A model generated the notes under the pieces. The model had not been told where the DNA came from. It was given only the letters and a program-made list of their open reading frames with translations, and searched no databases. Positions 9,014 through 18,754 of a stretch of DNA of 64,000 nucleotides are shown piece by piece; the first letter of the stretch is position 1, and each line of letters opens with the position of its first letter. Where the stretch lies: positions 2,081-66,080 of the IMG/VR virus record IMGVR_UViG_3300009826_000003; one strand, written 5' to 3'. A program made the translations under genes and the position numbers. The stretch is from a virus.

Positions 9014-11286
9014 CCGAACCAGGTTGGCACGCAAGGATTTTCAAGGATTTTGAGCTAGCTATTACTCCTAGCTTGGAATTCGGCGCAGGTGGCAAAAGCG
9101 CGGCCAGTTTCGCGCTAGACGTGAGTGATGTTGTCGGTCTCGAAATCGCTTGTGCGCCAAGGCTTCCTGCTGGCTTTGAGCTTGAGGTCAACCCTGAGAT
9201 GACTTTTGCCGTTCCGGTACCTGCTGACTTTGGTTTAGAAATTCAGCCGGAAATGAGCTTTACAGGTTACGAAAAGAATTACCGACAATTCGAATTGTCT
9301 GTGGCTGAGTTTATCGAAATGGGGATGTCTGGAAAAGCTAAGGCGCAGAAGGGTTTTGAGCTGGCTGTTTCTCCTTCAATGAGTATGAAAGGTGATTTGA
9401 TCGCACCATTAGCGCCAACAGTATTGGGTATTACAGGGACCGGCGCGAACAATGGAAATGCTATAAATTGGGAATCAGCTTATATTGCAACAAATACGGC
9501 ATACGCTTTGGTAATGCTGGTAAGTAGAGCAGCAGCGATGACTATTTTTCCTGTTTTAATGAAATCATATGGCGATGTTGCTGTGGATTCTAGCGGTAAC
9601 ATTTATGTTATTACTGATAACAATACTATCAATAGGGTTACTCCTGCTGGTGTAGTGACCACCCTGCCATTTACAGGACTTAATGACCCGCGCGGAATTG
9701 CTGTGGATTCTGGTGGAAATGTGTATGTTACCAATGATGGAGCTAATAATGTTCTTAGATTAACCCCTGCGAATGTGCAAACAACATTACCTTTTACTGG
9801 AATTAATGGTCCTAGAGGAATTGCTGTAGATTCCAGCAATAATGTGTATGTGGTCAATTATAGCGCGCGAACTGTCTTGCGCCGCACCACTTCTGGCACA
9901 GGTACGCAAACCACCGTAACTCCTTCGCATTCATCAATAGCAAGCAACGTTTCTCCGTGGAGTATTGCTGTGGACTCTAGCGGAACTATTTATGTTGGCT
10001 ATTACACTAGCAATCTTATTGCTAGACGAACTAGCGCAGGCGCGACAACTATTCTCCCCTATACCGGAGGCCATGCTTGCGGAATTGCTGTAGATTCAAA
10101 TGGGAATGTATATGTAGCAGCATGGAATGGTAGCAATATTCAAATGATTACTCCTGCTGGCGTACAATCAACAGTTCCGAATTTTAACGTTGGAAATAAC
10201 TATTCGGGAATTGCAGTGGATTCATCAGGTGCAATATATTCTATGCATTGGAATGCCAGTCCATTGCGCAGTGTTGTTTCTACTAAAATTCCAGACATTC
10301 CCGCTCGAATCCCTACTCTAGAAACAGTTCCCATGAAATCGCTTGGGTCTTTTTCTGCGCACAATATGAGAGCTGACCTTTTCGGTTTACTAGATACACC
10401 AGAAAACGTTTGGCGTCCAATTGCTGTTCCAGCAGCAGCAAATTCCGCTGTTGCTTCGCAATTGGTAATTGCCACGCGGTTTAATGCTCCAATTGATTTT
10501 GATGGTCCCATTATTCCATTTCAAGCTGCGAATGTTGCTGCTGTAACTAGGAATTGGGCTAGCATGAGCGCTGCTGTTCGCGCTTTTCAATTGTTTGCAA
10601 ATTCCCAAGCGACCATTACCGCTAGCGCAGTTCCAAATACAACAGCTAATCGTTATTTGAATAATAGCTATACACAAAAGGCTGTTGTTTTCCATGAACG
10701 CGGAGATGCTACCTTTAATGCTACTACGCCAAGTAATGTTGATTGGATGGGATTAGGCGCCCCTCTTAGATTAGCAAAGGCAATTAATGGAAGATACCTT
10801 TATTCGTCTATTGGTGGTCAAGCTACATTTACCAATAATACTGACCCGGCAAATGTCGCGTGGAATCAATTTAGCGCAGGCGAAGCTTTAGTTAGGACAC
10901 AACTGTTTACAGGCGGTATTGTCAATTGGGCAATGCGAATTCAAGCAATTACTGCTGGTACTTTTCCAGGGATGGTAACCTCACAACTTCCGGTCTCCGC
11001 TGGTAAATATGTTCACTTAGACGCTGAAATCCAGTGTGCCGCAGGGGGTTCCAATACTGCTGTTGGTGTATTGATTCGGTATTTTAATTCTGCTGGCGCA
11101 TGGATTACTCAGGACGCTAATGTCCAAAATTGTCCAAATGGAAAATGGACGCCAATTTCACTCACTGAAACATGCCCTGCTGGAACAGCTTCGGTCGATT
11201 TCCTTATCTGTATGGGATTAGCTGGCACTTATAACATTAACGATATGTTCTTTGCTACTAATATCAACGCTCTAACAGAAGGGTAA
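9010..11286 (+). CDS. Tail fibre / receptor-binding protein with six NHL repeats
   Basis: Six [GS]IAVDS.G..YV-type repeats between ~9570 and 10240, plus a C-terminal CBM-like domain. Confidence 0.75.
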   Translation: MTEPGWHARIFKDFELAITPSLEFGAGGKSAASFALDVSDVVGLEIACAPRLPAGFELEVNPEMTFAVPVPADFGLEIQPEMSFTGYEKNYRQFELSVAEFIEMGMSGKAKAQKGFELAVSPSMSMKGDLIAPLAPTVLGITGTGANNGNAINWESAYIATNTAYALVMLVSRAAAMTIFPVLMKSYGDVAVDSSGNIYVITDNNTINRVTPAGVVTTLPFTGLNDPRGIAVDSGGNVYVTNDGANNVLRLTPANVQTTLPFTGINGPRGIAVDSSNNVYVVNYSARTVLRRTTSGTGTQTTVTPSHSSIASNVSPWSIAVDSSGTIYVGYYTSNLIARRTSAGATTILPYTGGHACGIAVDSNGNVYVAAWNGSNIQMITPAGVQSTVPNFNVGNNYSGIAVDSSGAIYSMHWNASPLRSVVSTKIPDIPARIPTLETVPMKSLGSFSAHNMRADLFGLLDTPENVWRPIAVPAAANSAVASQLVIATRFNAPIDFDGPIIPFQAANVAAVTRNWASMSAAVRAFQLFANSQATITASAVPNTTANRYLNNSYTQKAVVFHERGDATFNATTPSNVDWMGLGAPLRLAKAINGRYLYSSIGGQATFTNNTDPANVAWNQFSAGEALVRTQLFTGGIVNWAMRIQAITAGTFPGMVTSQLPVSAGKYVHLDAEIQCAAGGSNTAVGVLIRYFNSAGAWITQDANVQNCPNGKWTPISLTETCPAGTASVDFLICMGLAGTYNINDMFFATNINALTEG

Positions 11287-11290
11287 ACAA

Positions 11291-11638
11291 ATGGCAATTC
11301 CACCTAGCACGCATCAAGCATTATGCGACCATTTTAGAGGTCTTGGCACTTGGATTACTGTATTCACCGGACCAGGCGGAACAACCGGAGCTAACGAAGC
11401 TGTATTGCCTTCTGGCAGAAAGCAAACCGTCTTTCCAGCAGCGTCTTTGGCTGCGCCATCTGTCACGCAAGGGTCAACCGTGAATATCCCTGTTAGCAAT
11501 GGCACCTACACTGAAGGCGGAATTTTCAGCGCGGAATCTGGCGGCATTTTCAGAGGGAGCGAAGCCTTTTCGGACGGAATAGTAATGGTGAGCGGATCAG
11601 GTAGCTCAATTGATGTAACGCCTATGTTGAAAGCTTAA
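11291..11638 (+). CDS. Small tail-associated protein
   Basis: 115-aa Gly/Ser/Thr-rich ORF following the fibre gene. Confidence 0.6.
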   Translation: MAIPPSTHQALCDHFRGLGTWITVFTGPGGTTGANEAVLPSGRKQTVFPAASLAAPSVTQGSTVNIPVSNGTYTEGGIFSAESGGIFRGSEAFSDGIVMVSGSGSSIDVTPMLKA

Positions 11639-11658
11639 GCGGGAGAAGGGAATTCGAA

Positions 11659-11934
11659 ATGCCGTATGGTGTACGCACGGATCATAAAGTGGTTCCTTTT
11701 GGTGACAATAGAATGGTGCTGTTTGAAACAGCAAGTGGCACAAGGCTTGTCACTGCTAATCGCGCTAGTGAGTTTCCGAAATGGGTTGTCCACGTTGAGA
11801 ATTCGCCGCGCGAAGATGTAGAAGCTGATGACCGTCAATCCGCTATTATGGCTATGATTGATTTAGCTCTGGAAAAGCTTGGCGGAAAAGGGTATTCGAC
11901 AACTGTCCCGCATGGATTATTGGAACTTCCATAA
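11659..11934 (+). CDS. Hypothetical protein
   Basis: 91-aa ORF with GGAGAAGG RBS, upstream of lysin. Confidence 0.65.
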   Translation: MPYGVRTDHKVVPFGDNRMVLFETASGTRLVTANRASEFPKWVVHVENSPREDVEADDRQSAIMAMIDLALEKLGGKGYSTTVPHGLLELP

Positions 11935-11947
11935 AAGGAATTTGAAG

Positions 11948-13534
11948 ATGACGCGAAGAATTTTGCCATTTGACAGGAATATCGTTCCTCAAGAAACAGG
12001 CTTTTGGTGCGGTCCAGCTTCCGCGCAAATTGTATTGAATTCGCGCGGAATCCACGTTCCAGAAAGCGAATTGGCGCGTGAAATAGGCACACATACCGGA
12101 GGTACGGATCACGTCGGACTCATCGTACAACGCACATTAAATAGGAGATTGCCGGAAGCACAATATCAAGTTGTGCAAATGCCAAATGATCCGCCAACGC
12201 CAACACAACAAAGCGCATTGTTTTCGAATATAACCCGAAGTATTGATGCCGGTTACGGTTTGGTGGTAAATTGGTGGGCACCTCCGAACAATTACCCGCG
12301 CGGAATTCTTGGTTCACCTTCCCCGAATTACGGTCGAATTGGTGGCCTGGTAAAACATTATGTAACCTATATGGGTTACGATTCAGGAGACATCAAAGGT
12401 GTATTTGTTGTTGATCCTGGCTTTGCTCCATTTGAGGGATTTTTCGTCAGCGCACATCAAGCCGGGACGCTCATACCTCCTATGGGATACGCATTTAGTG
12501 CTGCTGCGAAACCTGCTGTGACACAAGGGAATCCGCTTGAAATCCTTATTTCTGCAATGCGGAATGGTGTTAGCCGCGAACGTTATTCCGCGCTTTTGCC
12601 TAGTGTGCAAGAGGCATTAGTGAGATGTCATTGTGATAATCCAAATCGAATAAGTTCGTGGATGGCTCAGGTTGGCCATGAGAGTAACGGTTTATTGTGG
12701 TTTAGAGAATTATGGGGGCCAACGCCAGACCAATTAACATATGAGGGAAGAAAGGAATTGGGAAATACCATTCCTGGTGATGGTAGACGCTTTTTAGGTC
12801 GCGGTCCCATACAATTGACGGGAAGGGGCCACTACCAACGCCTTTCAGATTGGGCGTATGACCAAAAATTAGTACCAGCTAGGAATTTCTTTACCGACAA
12901 TCCAGAACAATTGGAATCTGATAAATACGGATTTCTAGGTGTAATTTGGTACTGGACTGTAGCTAGACCAACCATTAACACTATGAGCGATCATAAGGAT
13001 TTAGAAGGAGTTACGCGCGCAATTAATGGTGGTCTCAATGGATTAACTGACCGGCGGAATCGCTGGAATCACTGTCTGTCCCTTGGTGATTCGATCATGG
13101 GAATTTTACCGAAAGAGACCATTACCGTCACGCCTCCGAAAGAGCCTGCGCCAGAAGAGATTTCAGATGAGAAGCAACAAGTATCTGTTGCTGAATTGCT
13201 AAATGACGTAAGGGATTTGAAGCGCGCACTATTGGAAAAGGTACCTTCGCAATCCAGATACCGGCATGATAACGAAGACCTTTGGACGACAATAGAATTC
13301 ATTCGAAATGCTGATGCGATGATCCATGAAGAGTACGCGGAAAGGCTTGCGCTGCTTGGGGAACCGTGGTACGTCCAGCGAATAACAAGAAATGCACGGA
13401 GAGGAGACCGAATTGCCTATTCTGTTTTCGAGCGGATTGACTCAAAAGTGTTGCGGGAGTTGGGGATTAGTGCTTCCCAAGTCGAAAAGGAATTCAACGA
13501 AGCCGGAAAATACGAAACAGAGTATAAGGATTAG
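11948..13534 (+). CDS. lysA: Endolysin (lysin A): peptidase C39-like + glycoside hydrolase 19 + C-terminal domain
   Basis: QETGFWCGPAS...HY (C39-like); AQVGHES, GRGPIQLTG, VTRAINGG.NGL.DR (GH19). Start moved to ATG 11948. Confidence 0.9.
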   Translation: MTRRILPFDRNIVPQETGFWCGPASAQIVLNSRGIHVPESELAREIGTHTGGTDHVGLIVQRTLNRRLPEAQYQVVQMPNDPPTPTQQSALFSNITRSIDAGYGLVVNWWAPPNNYPRGILGSPSPNYGRIGGLVKHYVTYMGYDSGDIKGVFVVDPGFAPFEGFFVSAHQAGTLIPPMGYAFSAAAKPAVTQGNPLEILISAMRNGVSRERYSALLPSVQEALVRCHCDNPNRISSWMAQVGHESNGLLWFRELWGPTPDQLTYEGRKELGNTIPGDGRRFLGRGPIQLTGRGHYQRLSDWAYDQKLVPARNFFTDNPEQLESDKYGFLGVIWYWTVARPTINTMSDHKDLEGVTRAINGGLNGLTDRRNRWNHCLSLGDSIMGILPKETITVTPPKEPAPEEISDEKQQVSVAELLNDVRDLKRALLEKVPSQSRYRHDNEDLWTTIEFIRNADAMIHEEYAERLALLGEPWYVQRITRNARRGDRIAYSVFERIDSKVLRELGISASQVEKEFNEAGKYETEYKD

Positions 13535-13540
13535 GGAGAA

Positions 13541-14008
13541 ATGAAATACTTTAAGCGCACCAGATTCGATCACGGACCAATGTTTGTGTCCATCAATGCC
13601 GGACTTTGGGCAGGAGCCATTTATATCCTTTCCCATTTCAATGACCAAACACCTATTTTCGCTGGAATGTCTCTCCAAAGCGAAAATGCAATGGGAATTG
13701 TGCAATTCCTTGGAACGTCTGGTGTCATCTTCGGACAACTAAGTGGCACAAGGGTTTTGAAGCAAGGAATGGATATTCGCGATTCGTATAATATCGTTAA
13801 ATGGTCTTGTGTGGCAGTAATGGTTGCTTTTGGCACGCTAATTGTGGCCACCATTGTTACTGGTGTAATTACTCCGCCCTGGTCTGAGATAATGCTATTG
13901 GCCGCAGGCGCGGAGGTCGGATATTTTCTTGTGGCAACCGAATTGAATTTCGAAGCAAAAAGATTAACGCAGGATTTGAACCGTCGGATAGAATTGATGA
14001 TGCAATAA
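13541..14008 (+). CDS. Multi-pass membrane protein, putative holin
   Basis: About four hydrophobic segments, directly after lysA. Confidence 0.6.
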   Translation: MKYFKRTRFDHGPMFVSINAGLWAGAIYILSHFNDQTPIFAGMSLQSENAMGIVQFLGTSGVIFGQLSGTRVLKQGMDIRDSYNIVKWSCVAVMVAFGTLIVATIVTGVITPPWSEIMLLAAGAEVGYFLVATELNFEAKRLTQDLNRRIELMMQ

Positions 14009-14298
14009 TGAATGGGAAATGGCTTGAATTGATTAGTCTTGGCGGAGGTTTAGTGGTCGCGCTATTTGGCGTATTTATGTCTATTCGACAACGCCAAAGA
14101 GAGGATAAAGCGAATGAGGCCAAAGCTGGCGTTGATGCTGTGGCTCAGTCAAAGATGGTGCAAGACATAGCAATTGACCTGCAAAATACCTACCTTCAAA
14201 GGGTGCAAGATAATGTGTCTTTATTGGAAGCTGAATTAATAAGAACAAAGCGCCGATTGGCAGAAGTATTGGGAGAAAAGGAAATTCAGCATGACTGA
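14008..14298 (+). CDS. Single-pass membrane/coiled-coil lysis-cassette protein
   Basis: N-terminal TM helix then coiled coil; TAATG overlap. Confidence 0.6.
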   Translation: MNGKWLELISLGGGLVVALFGVFMSIRQRQREDKANEAKAGVDAVAQSKMVQDIAIDLQNTYLQRVQDNVSLLEAELIRTKRRLAEVLGEKEIQHD

Positions 14299-14866
14299 TC
14301 CAACTATTAGGCAACAAACGGTAATTCGTGGACGCTCTGGTCCTACCGGCCCAATTGGTGTGCCATTGGAAAATCCACTTTCTGAATTAGAAATGAATGA
14401 GGATGTCGCGCTATATGTCGGAATGCTGGAAGGGCAATTAGCAGCGTATGCAATTAATGAGGTCAAATATCGCACGCTATTGGAAATGCTGACCGGCAAA
14501 CCGTGGGACGCGACTATGGTTGATGTTGACTCAAATGTGTTGGTAGACATCGCATCTCAGGCTTTAATCAGGCGCGGAATGGATGGTGTAGAAGCCAGAA
14601 CAACTGTAATGCGCAGATTCCAACGCGCGGATAATTCGCCCACACAACCTCCGGCAATGCCGGTCAATATCCCAACGCATGTACCGCTGGAAGAGCGTTA
14701 TCGTGAATGGCAGAATCGCAGGCGCGGAAGACTTCCCATGTCTAATGCACCAGGACCGGAATATGTCAATCCTGTTGGCGCGCAACGGTTTTCAGCACCA
14801 GAGCCGGAACCTGTTGTGCCACAAGAGGATTCGCCAGAGCCAGAGGAAAAGCGGACCAAATCTTAG
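14291..14866 (+). CDS. Hypothetical protein, last gene of rightward operon
   Basis: 191-aa ORF overlapping the previous stop. Confidence 0.7.
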   Translation: MTDPTIRQQTVIRGRSGPTGPIGVPLENPLSELEMNEDVALYVGMLEGQLAAYAINEVKYRTLLEMLTGKPWDATMVDVDSNVLVDIASQALIRRGMDGVEARTTVMRRFQRADNSPTQPPAMPVNIPTHVPLEERYREWQNRRRGRLPMSNAPGPEYVNPVGAQRFSAPEPEPVVPQEDSPEPEEKRTKS

Positions 14867-14881
14867 GTTCGCAAGAGGGAC

Positions 14882-14946
14882 AAAAAAAAGCGCGCCAGGC
14901 GAAATCATCTCCGGGGAAACGAAATCGCTTGGCGCGCTTGGTTTTT
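14882..14946. terminator. Bidirectional intrinsic terminator
   Basis: A8 tract, AAGCGCGCCAGGCGA/TCGCTTGGCGCGCTT stem, then GGTTTTT; lies between convergent operons. Confidence 0.8.
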
Positions 14947-15142
14947 AGTGATTGTCGCAAATCCACTCTCTGCATTCTAGGAGCGTTCTGCCTGTGTATT
15001 CGATGATACCGAAATAGACCACGCGCCAAGCGATTTCGCCATTATGACGAATTCGGATAACGTCGCAACCTTCTACCATCCAGTGACCAGGCTTGACGCA
15101 TCTTTGCTCCAAACCTGCTAAGCCATAAGACTTTTCACTCAT
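14945..15142 (-). CDS. Small hypothetical protein (array gene)
   Basis: 65 aa, start directly after repeat RBS. Confidence 0.75.
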   Translation of the reverse strand: MSEKSYGLAGLEQRCVKPGHWMVEGCDVIRIRHNGEIAWRVVYFGIIEYTGRTLLECREWICDNH

Positions 15143-15218
15143 TCACTTTCCACCCTCTTCCTGTCCTAGTTGGACAACACCAAACAGGTTGTGCGCCAAC
15201 CTGTTTGATGCAATGCAA

Positions 15219-15452
15219 CTAGCCTCGCGCGTTACGCTCAGCTATAGCGCGATCTAGGCACGCTCCGTAATCACCTGGCACTCCGCACCAGTGACAAGGT
15301 GCTGGTTGTGCTAAGCGCTCCGCCTCCGTGCGAAGCTGATTAGCGGTCCAACTGCAATTGCCAGGGAAGGGATAACCGTATTCCTTTCCTAGCTCTTCCA
15401 GCAGGATAGCGGCCTGAATCATACGCTCTGGCAAGGCTTTTCGGTTACTCAT
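15219..15452 (-). CDS. Small hypothetical protein (array gene)
   Basis: 77 aa with C-terminal CxxC; TAG stop is the CTAG of repeat 1. Confidence 0.75.
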   Translation of the reverse strand: MSNRKALPERMIQAAILLEELGKEYGYPFPGNCSWTANQLRTEAERLAQPAPCHWCGVPGDYGACLDRAIAERNARG

Positions 15453-15454
15453 GG

Positions 15455-15706
15455 TTAAACTCCCTTCGAGTAATACCGAATGTTGGTGTGCTCAAACAAT
15501 TGTCGCAAGCCTAACTCCGAAAGTTCAAGAGTTAGAACAAGATTCGCGAACAGGTAGTCTTTGTCATAAAAGACATAAGACGTGTGAATGTCACACTTGG
15601 CCCTATTCACCAGATCGCGATTGATCCACTGAATCATCAACCCTTTGTTGGCATTCCGCGTGAACGGTGGAATGTCTTTAGGGTCAACCCTTTTCACTGT
15701 ATCCAT
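15455..15706 (-). CDS. Small hypothetical protein (array gene)
   Basis: 83 aa, start after repeat 2 RBS. Confidence 0.75.
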   Translation of the reverse strand: MDTVKRVDPKDIPPFTRNANKGLMIQWINRDLVNRAKCDIHTSYVFYDKDYLFANLVLTLELSELGLRQLFEHTNIRYYSKGV

Positions 15707-15780
15707 GATTCCATCCTCTCTTTCTGTCCCTAGTGGACAACGCCAAACCTGTTGGCTAGCAACAGGTTTGACGCAATCAA

Positions 15781-16065
15781 CTAGCGAACCGCATTCGCAG
15801 CTTTGAATTCGACTGCGTTGTTTGCGATTTCGTTTGCCTTCTGGTGTAAGTCATCCGGCAAACGTTGGCCCATCCGACCAAGCGCGGAAACTGCGAGGTC
15901 AATTGCACCTCTTAGCTTCCATCCAGACTGGCGAACTATGGCCTGTGGAGCGTAACTAGGCCGGTAATGAACCATGTTGTTACTGACACGATTGGCCAGC
16001 GCATTCAGTTCTGCCACAATAACTTTCGCGGCCTGCTCTTCGAATCCTTCTGGAATGTATACCAT
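15781..16065 (-). CDS. Small hypothetical protein (array gene)
   Basis: 94 aa, bounded exactly by repeats 2 and 3. Confidence 0.8.
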   Translation of the reverse strand: MVYIPEGFEEQAAKVIVAELNALANRVSNNMVHYRPSYAPQAIVRQSGWKLRGAIDLAVSALGRMGQRLPDDLHQKANEIANNAVEFKAANAVR

Positions 16066-16139
16066 TTTTCCATCCTCTTTTCTTGTCCTTAGCGGACAAC
16101 ACCAAACCCCTTGACTAGCAAGGGGTTTGATGCACTCAG

Positions 16140-16343
16140 CTAAGAACTAGCTTCACCTTCGGGCGAAACGCCAACGTACAGAGTCCTTTTCAGTGGTCCC
16201 TGTCCGCTGTGGTCGATTCCTCCGACCCAACCGGCAACCCAACCTTTCGGAAGGTCGAATGCCAAGTTGTAATCGCTTTCGCGAAATGCGACTTTGTAAC
16301 TGGCACAAAGCTTTTGGAGCGTTTCACGCTGTTTCGGATTCAT
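16140..16343 (-). CDS. Small hypothetical protein (array gene)
   Basis: MNPKQRETLQ..., 67 aa; GGAGG RBS and ATGA overlap; stop in repeat 3. Confidence 0.75.
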   Translation of the reverse strand: MNPKQRETLQKLCASYKVAFRESDYNLAFDLPKGWVAGWVGGIDHSGQGPLKRTLYVGVSPEGEASS

Positions 16344-16543
16344 ACCGATTTCACCTCCGCCTGTCCCAAACCACAAGCGCGCAAGAACCTTTCGCGGTCA
16401 AAGCGCGGATTGTCTGATTTGAATTTAGCGGCCAGTTGGTTAGCGATTGCTTCAATGGCTTTATTTGAGTCACTGAATTTCAAATCGCTTGCCAGCTTTA
16501 TGATTTGAGCAATTTGCTCGAAATCCCTTCTGGTAACTGCCAT
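16340..16543 (-). CDS. Small hypothetical protein (array gene)
   Basis: MAVTRRDFEQIA...DNPRFDRERFLRACG, 67 aa, after repeat 4 RBS. Confidence 0.8.
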   Translation of the reverse strand: MAVTRRDFEQIAQIIKLASDLKFSDSNKAIEAIANQLAAKFKSDNPRFDRERFLRACGLGQAEVKSV

Positions 16544-16632
16544 TTCAATCCATCCTCTCTTTCTGTCCCTAGTGGACAAGACGAAAACCCTTGCGAAACA
16601 AGGGTTTTCATCCAATCAACTAGTGATTTGTG

Positions 16633-16881
16633 TTAGCGGCAATCGTCCCGCAAAACAGGGTTGACATCAGGGACAAGTGACACAACGATTTTCGTTTCGA
16701 CGCGAAAACCTTTGGCCTTCACCTGTTCTAGATGATGAACCGCATTGCGCAAGTGTAATGCACTGGCGCGCTGGCGATCTCGAACATGAGTGAATCCTTC
16801 ACTCTCTGCCCTGTCCGCTTCGCAATCCAAAGCAACCGACAAATCGGTTGCGTTGATGTCGAATGCATATTGAACACTCAT
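16633..16881 (-). CDS. Small hypothetical protein (array gene)
   Basis: MSVQYAFD..., 82 aa, after repeat 5 RBS. Confidence 0.75.
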   Translation of the reverse strand: MSVQYAFDINATDLSVALDCEADRAESEGFTHVRDRQRASALHLRNAVHHLEQVKAKGFRVETKIVVSLVPDVNPVLRDDCR

Positions 16882-16954
16882 TTTTCCATCCTCTTTTCTT
16901 GTCCTAACGGACAACACGAAAAGCGTTCTGTATGAACGCTTTTCGTGCACTCCG

Positions 16955-17383
16955 TTAGGGAGTTAGTGCGCGATACCGACCCATTGCGACCCTACGCGCG
17001 TAACCCAATTTGATTAGCGTGTAGCATCTTTGGCCAGCAGCACTAGATGAAATATTCAAATGGCGTCCTAGTGCGTTAAGGTGAACGCCCACCTCGCAAT
17101 CATTCTCCGCGAGGTATTCCCAAGCGTCATACTGTGACCTGTTAAGCGCTCCATCGTGCGGAGTATGCACACCAGGCCGCGTACCCTTCGAAATGGGTTG
17201 TAACGCTTGCGGTTTCGGGTCATCCACTTCTAGCGTCACTCTCTGCCTACCCTGAAAAGGGTTGGCCTGTAACGCTATACGCTGCTCAGACTGTAACGCG
17301 CGGATAAAATCCAGCGCAGCTTGAGCTTCACCATTCGAAATATCAAGTGTCACGTCACCTTTGGCGTTGACGGTAACCTTCAA
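16955..17383 (-). CDS. Putative DNA-binding protein with C-terminal winged HTH
   Basis: LNRSQYDAWEYL...LGRHLNISSSAAGQRCYTLIKLGYARR; TTG start after GAAAGGGATGGAATA. Confidence 0.65.
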   Translation of the reverse strand: MKVTVNAKGDVTLDISNGEAQAALDFIRALQSEQRIALQANPFQGRQRVTLEVDDPKPQALQPISKGTRPGVHTPHDGALNRSQYDAWEYLAENDCEVGVHLNALGRHLNISSSAAGQRCYTLIKLGYARRVAMGRYRALTP

Positions 17384-17534
17384 TATTCCATCCCTTTCTA
17401 TCTGAAATCTGACCATCAGCATTGATGGCCTGTCCTAGCGGACAAGACCAAACCCCTTGACTAGCAAGGGGTTTGATCCAGAGCGCTAGGCTCTTACCCT
17501 GTCGATTCCTCAAATCGACTGTAGGAGAACAACT

Positions 17535-18677
17535 TTAGGACTTGGCCGCTACTAGCTCAGGCCGGTCTAGAACCTTCGCCAGTGCAATCACGCTCTTTTG
17601 GTCAACCTCTCCAAACTGACCGCGAATTGCCTTATCCAAGTTACGCTCCACACGATTACCCTTTACCGTCCGGTAGTGAGTTTCGTATGTGTTGAGCGCT
17701 TGCACTACACCTAGAGCAGTACCACGCCATTGTGCCGACATTGGATCACGATGGTAAGTGTGGTTAAGCACTTCCCTTTTGTTTTCCGCAATCGACATTT
17801 TGCGCTTGGTTGTCTCTGGGTCTTTAGCGTCGGGCATAGGGAAGATTTCATTCATCACCTTTACCCATTGCTGCGTAGTGACCGGAATAGATGCCAATTC
17901 GTGTAGCTCATCCATCATGGCATCGTTCGTCTGGTGAATGATCCTTAGCGCTTGCCGCACGTCTTTAATCCTGTTGTAATCCAAGGACTTTGACGTGTGA
18001 CGTGCCTTGTAAATTCGACCTGACGATTCCGCCTGGTGAAGCGCTGCGTTTCTGGTGTTATCGCAAACAACGTAAAGCGTTTGACCGCTGAAAGTTGTTG
18101 GGATAGAACCATCTAACGAAGTGCTTCCCATGATGTATGGCCAGAATTCCGCGCCTGTGGTCTCATCGTGCGAAGTCTCCGGTAAGGCTACTTGCACGAA
18201 AGCTTGAGCACCATTGCGAAGCAAACCAGCGCCAAGGATGGTCAGAGTATCGCCAATTACGTTGGCCTGCAATTGCATTAGCCATCTTTCGTAATTGTGA
18301 ATGCGGTACTCATCGCTGTGGTGGCCTAGCTCAAGGTGGTTGTCACTTCTAACAACACCTTGCATGTCAGGTACCACAACGATTTTGACCGGCTGACCTT
18401 GCTTGAAGTCTTCACCTCCAAGCGAAAGGTCTTGTGGCAGAAAGAAATTCGCATCCTTTCGTTCACAAGGCACCAGGTTTGCCGTAGGAACGGACATTGG
18501 CGTCCAAGGGAACAGACGCTCTTTAACCGTTTTGTAGGGTATTGGCCCTTCAAAGTGGTTGGACGGCAACCCAAGCCGCTCGCGCAGCTCTGGGTTATCG
18601 TGCCATGCCTTCGGTCGATTCGCGCAGTTCCCAACCAAGATAAACTCATTGAGCCACCTTGAGGTTTCCTGTGACAT
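17535..18677 (-). CDS. DUF932 / TIGR03299-like phage-plasmid protein
   Basis: VVRSD...Y.IHNY, AGLLRNGAQAFVQV, STSLDGS...VVCDNT...HT pattern. Start moved to ATG 18677. Confidence 0.7.
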   Translation of the reverse strand: MSQETSRWLNEFILVGNCANRPKAWHDNPELRERLGLPSNHFEGPIPYKTVKERLFPWTPMSVPTANLVPCERKDANFFLPQDLSLGGEDFKQGQPVKIVVVPDMQGVVRSDNHLELGHHSDEYRIHNYERWLMQLQANVIGDTLTILGAGLLRNGAQAFVQVALPETSHDETTGAEFWPYIMGSTSLDGSIPTTFSGQTLYVVCDNTRNAALHQAESSGRIYKARHTSKSLDYNRIKDVRQALRIIHQTNDAMMDELHELASIPVTTQQWVKVMNEIFPMPDAKDPETTKRKMSIAENKREVLNHTYHRDPMSAQWRGTALGVVQALNTYETHYRTVKGNRVERNLDKAIRGQFGEVDQKSVIALAKVLDRPELVAAKS

Positions 18678-18754
18678 ATCGTTATTCTCCAATCTATCTG
18701 TGCGCCAATGGAATTGGCGACTTTTCACGCGAACCGTGTAAGTGGCCGCGCTAG

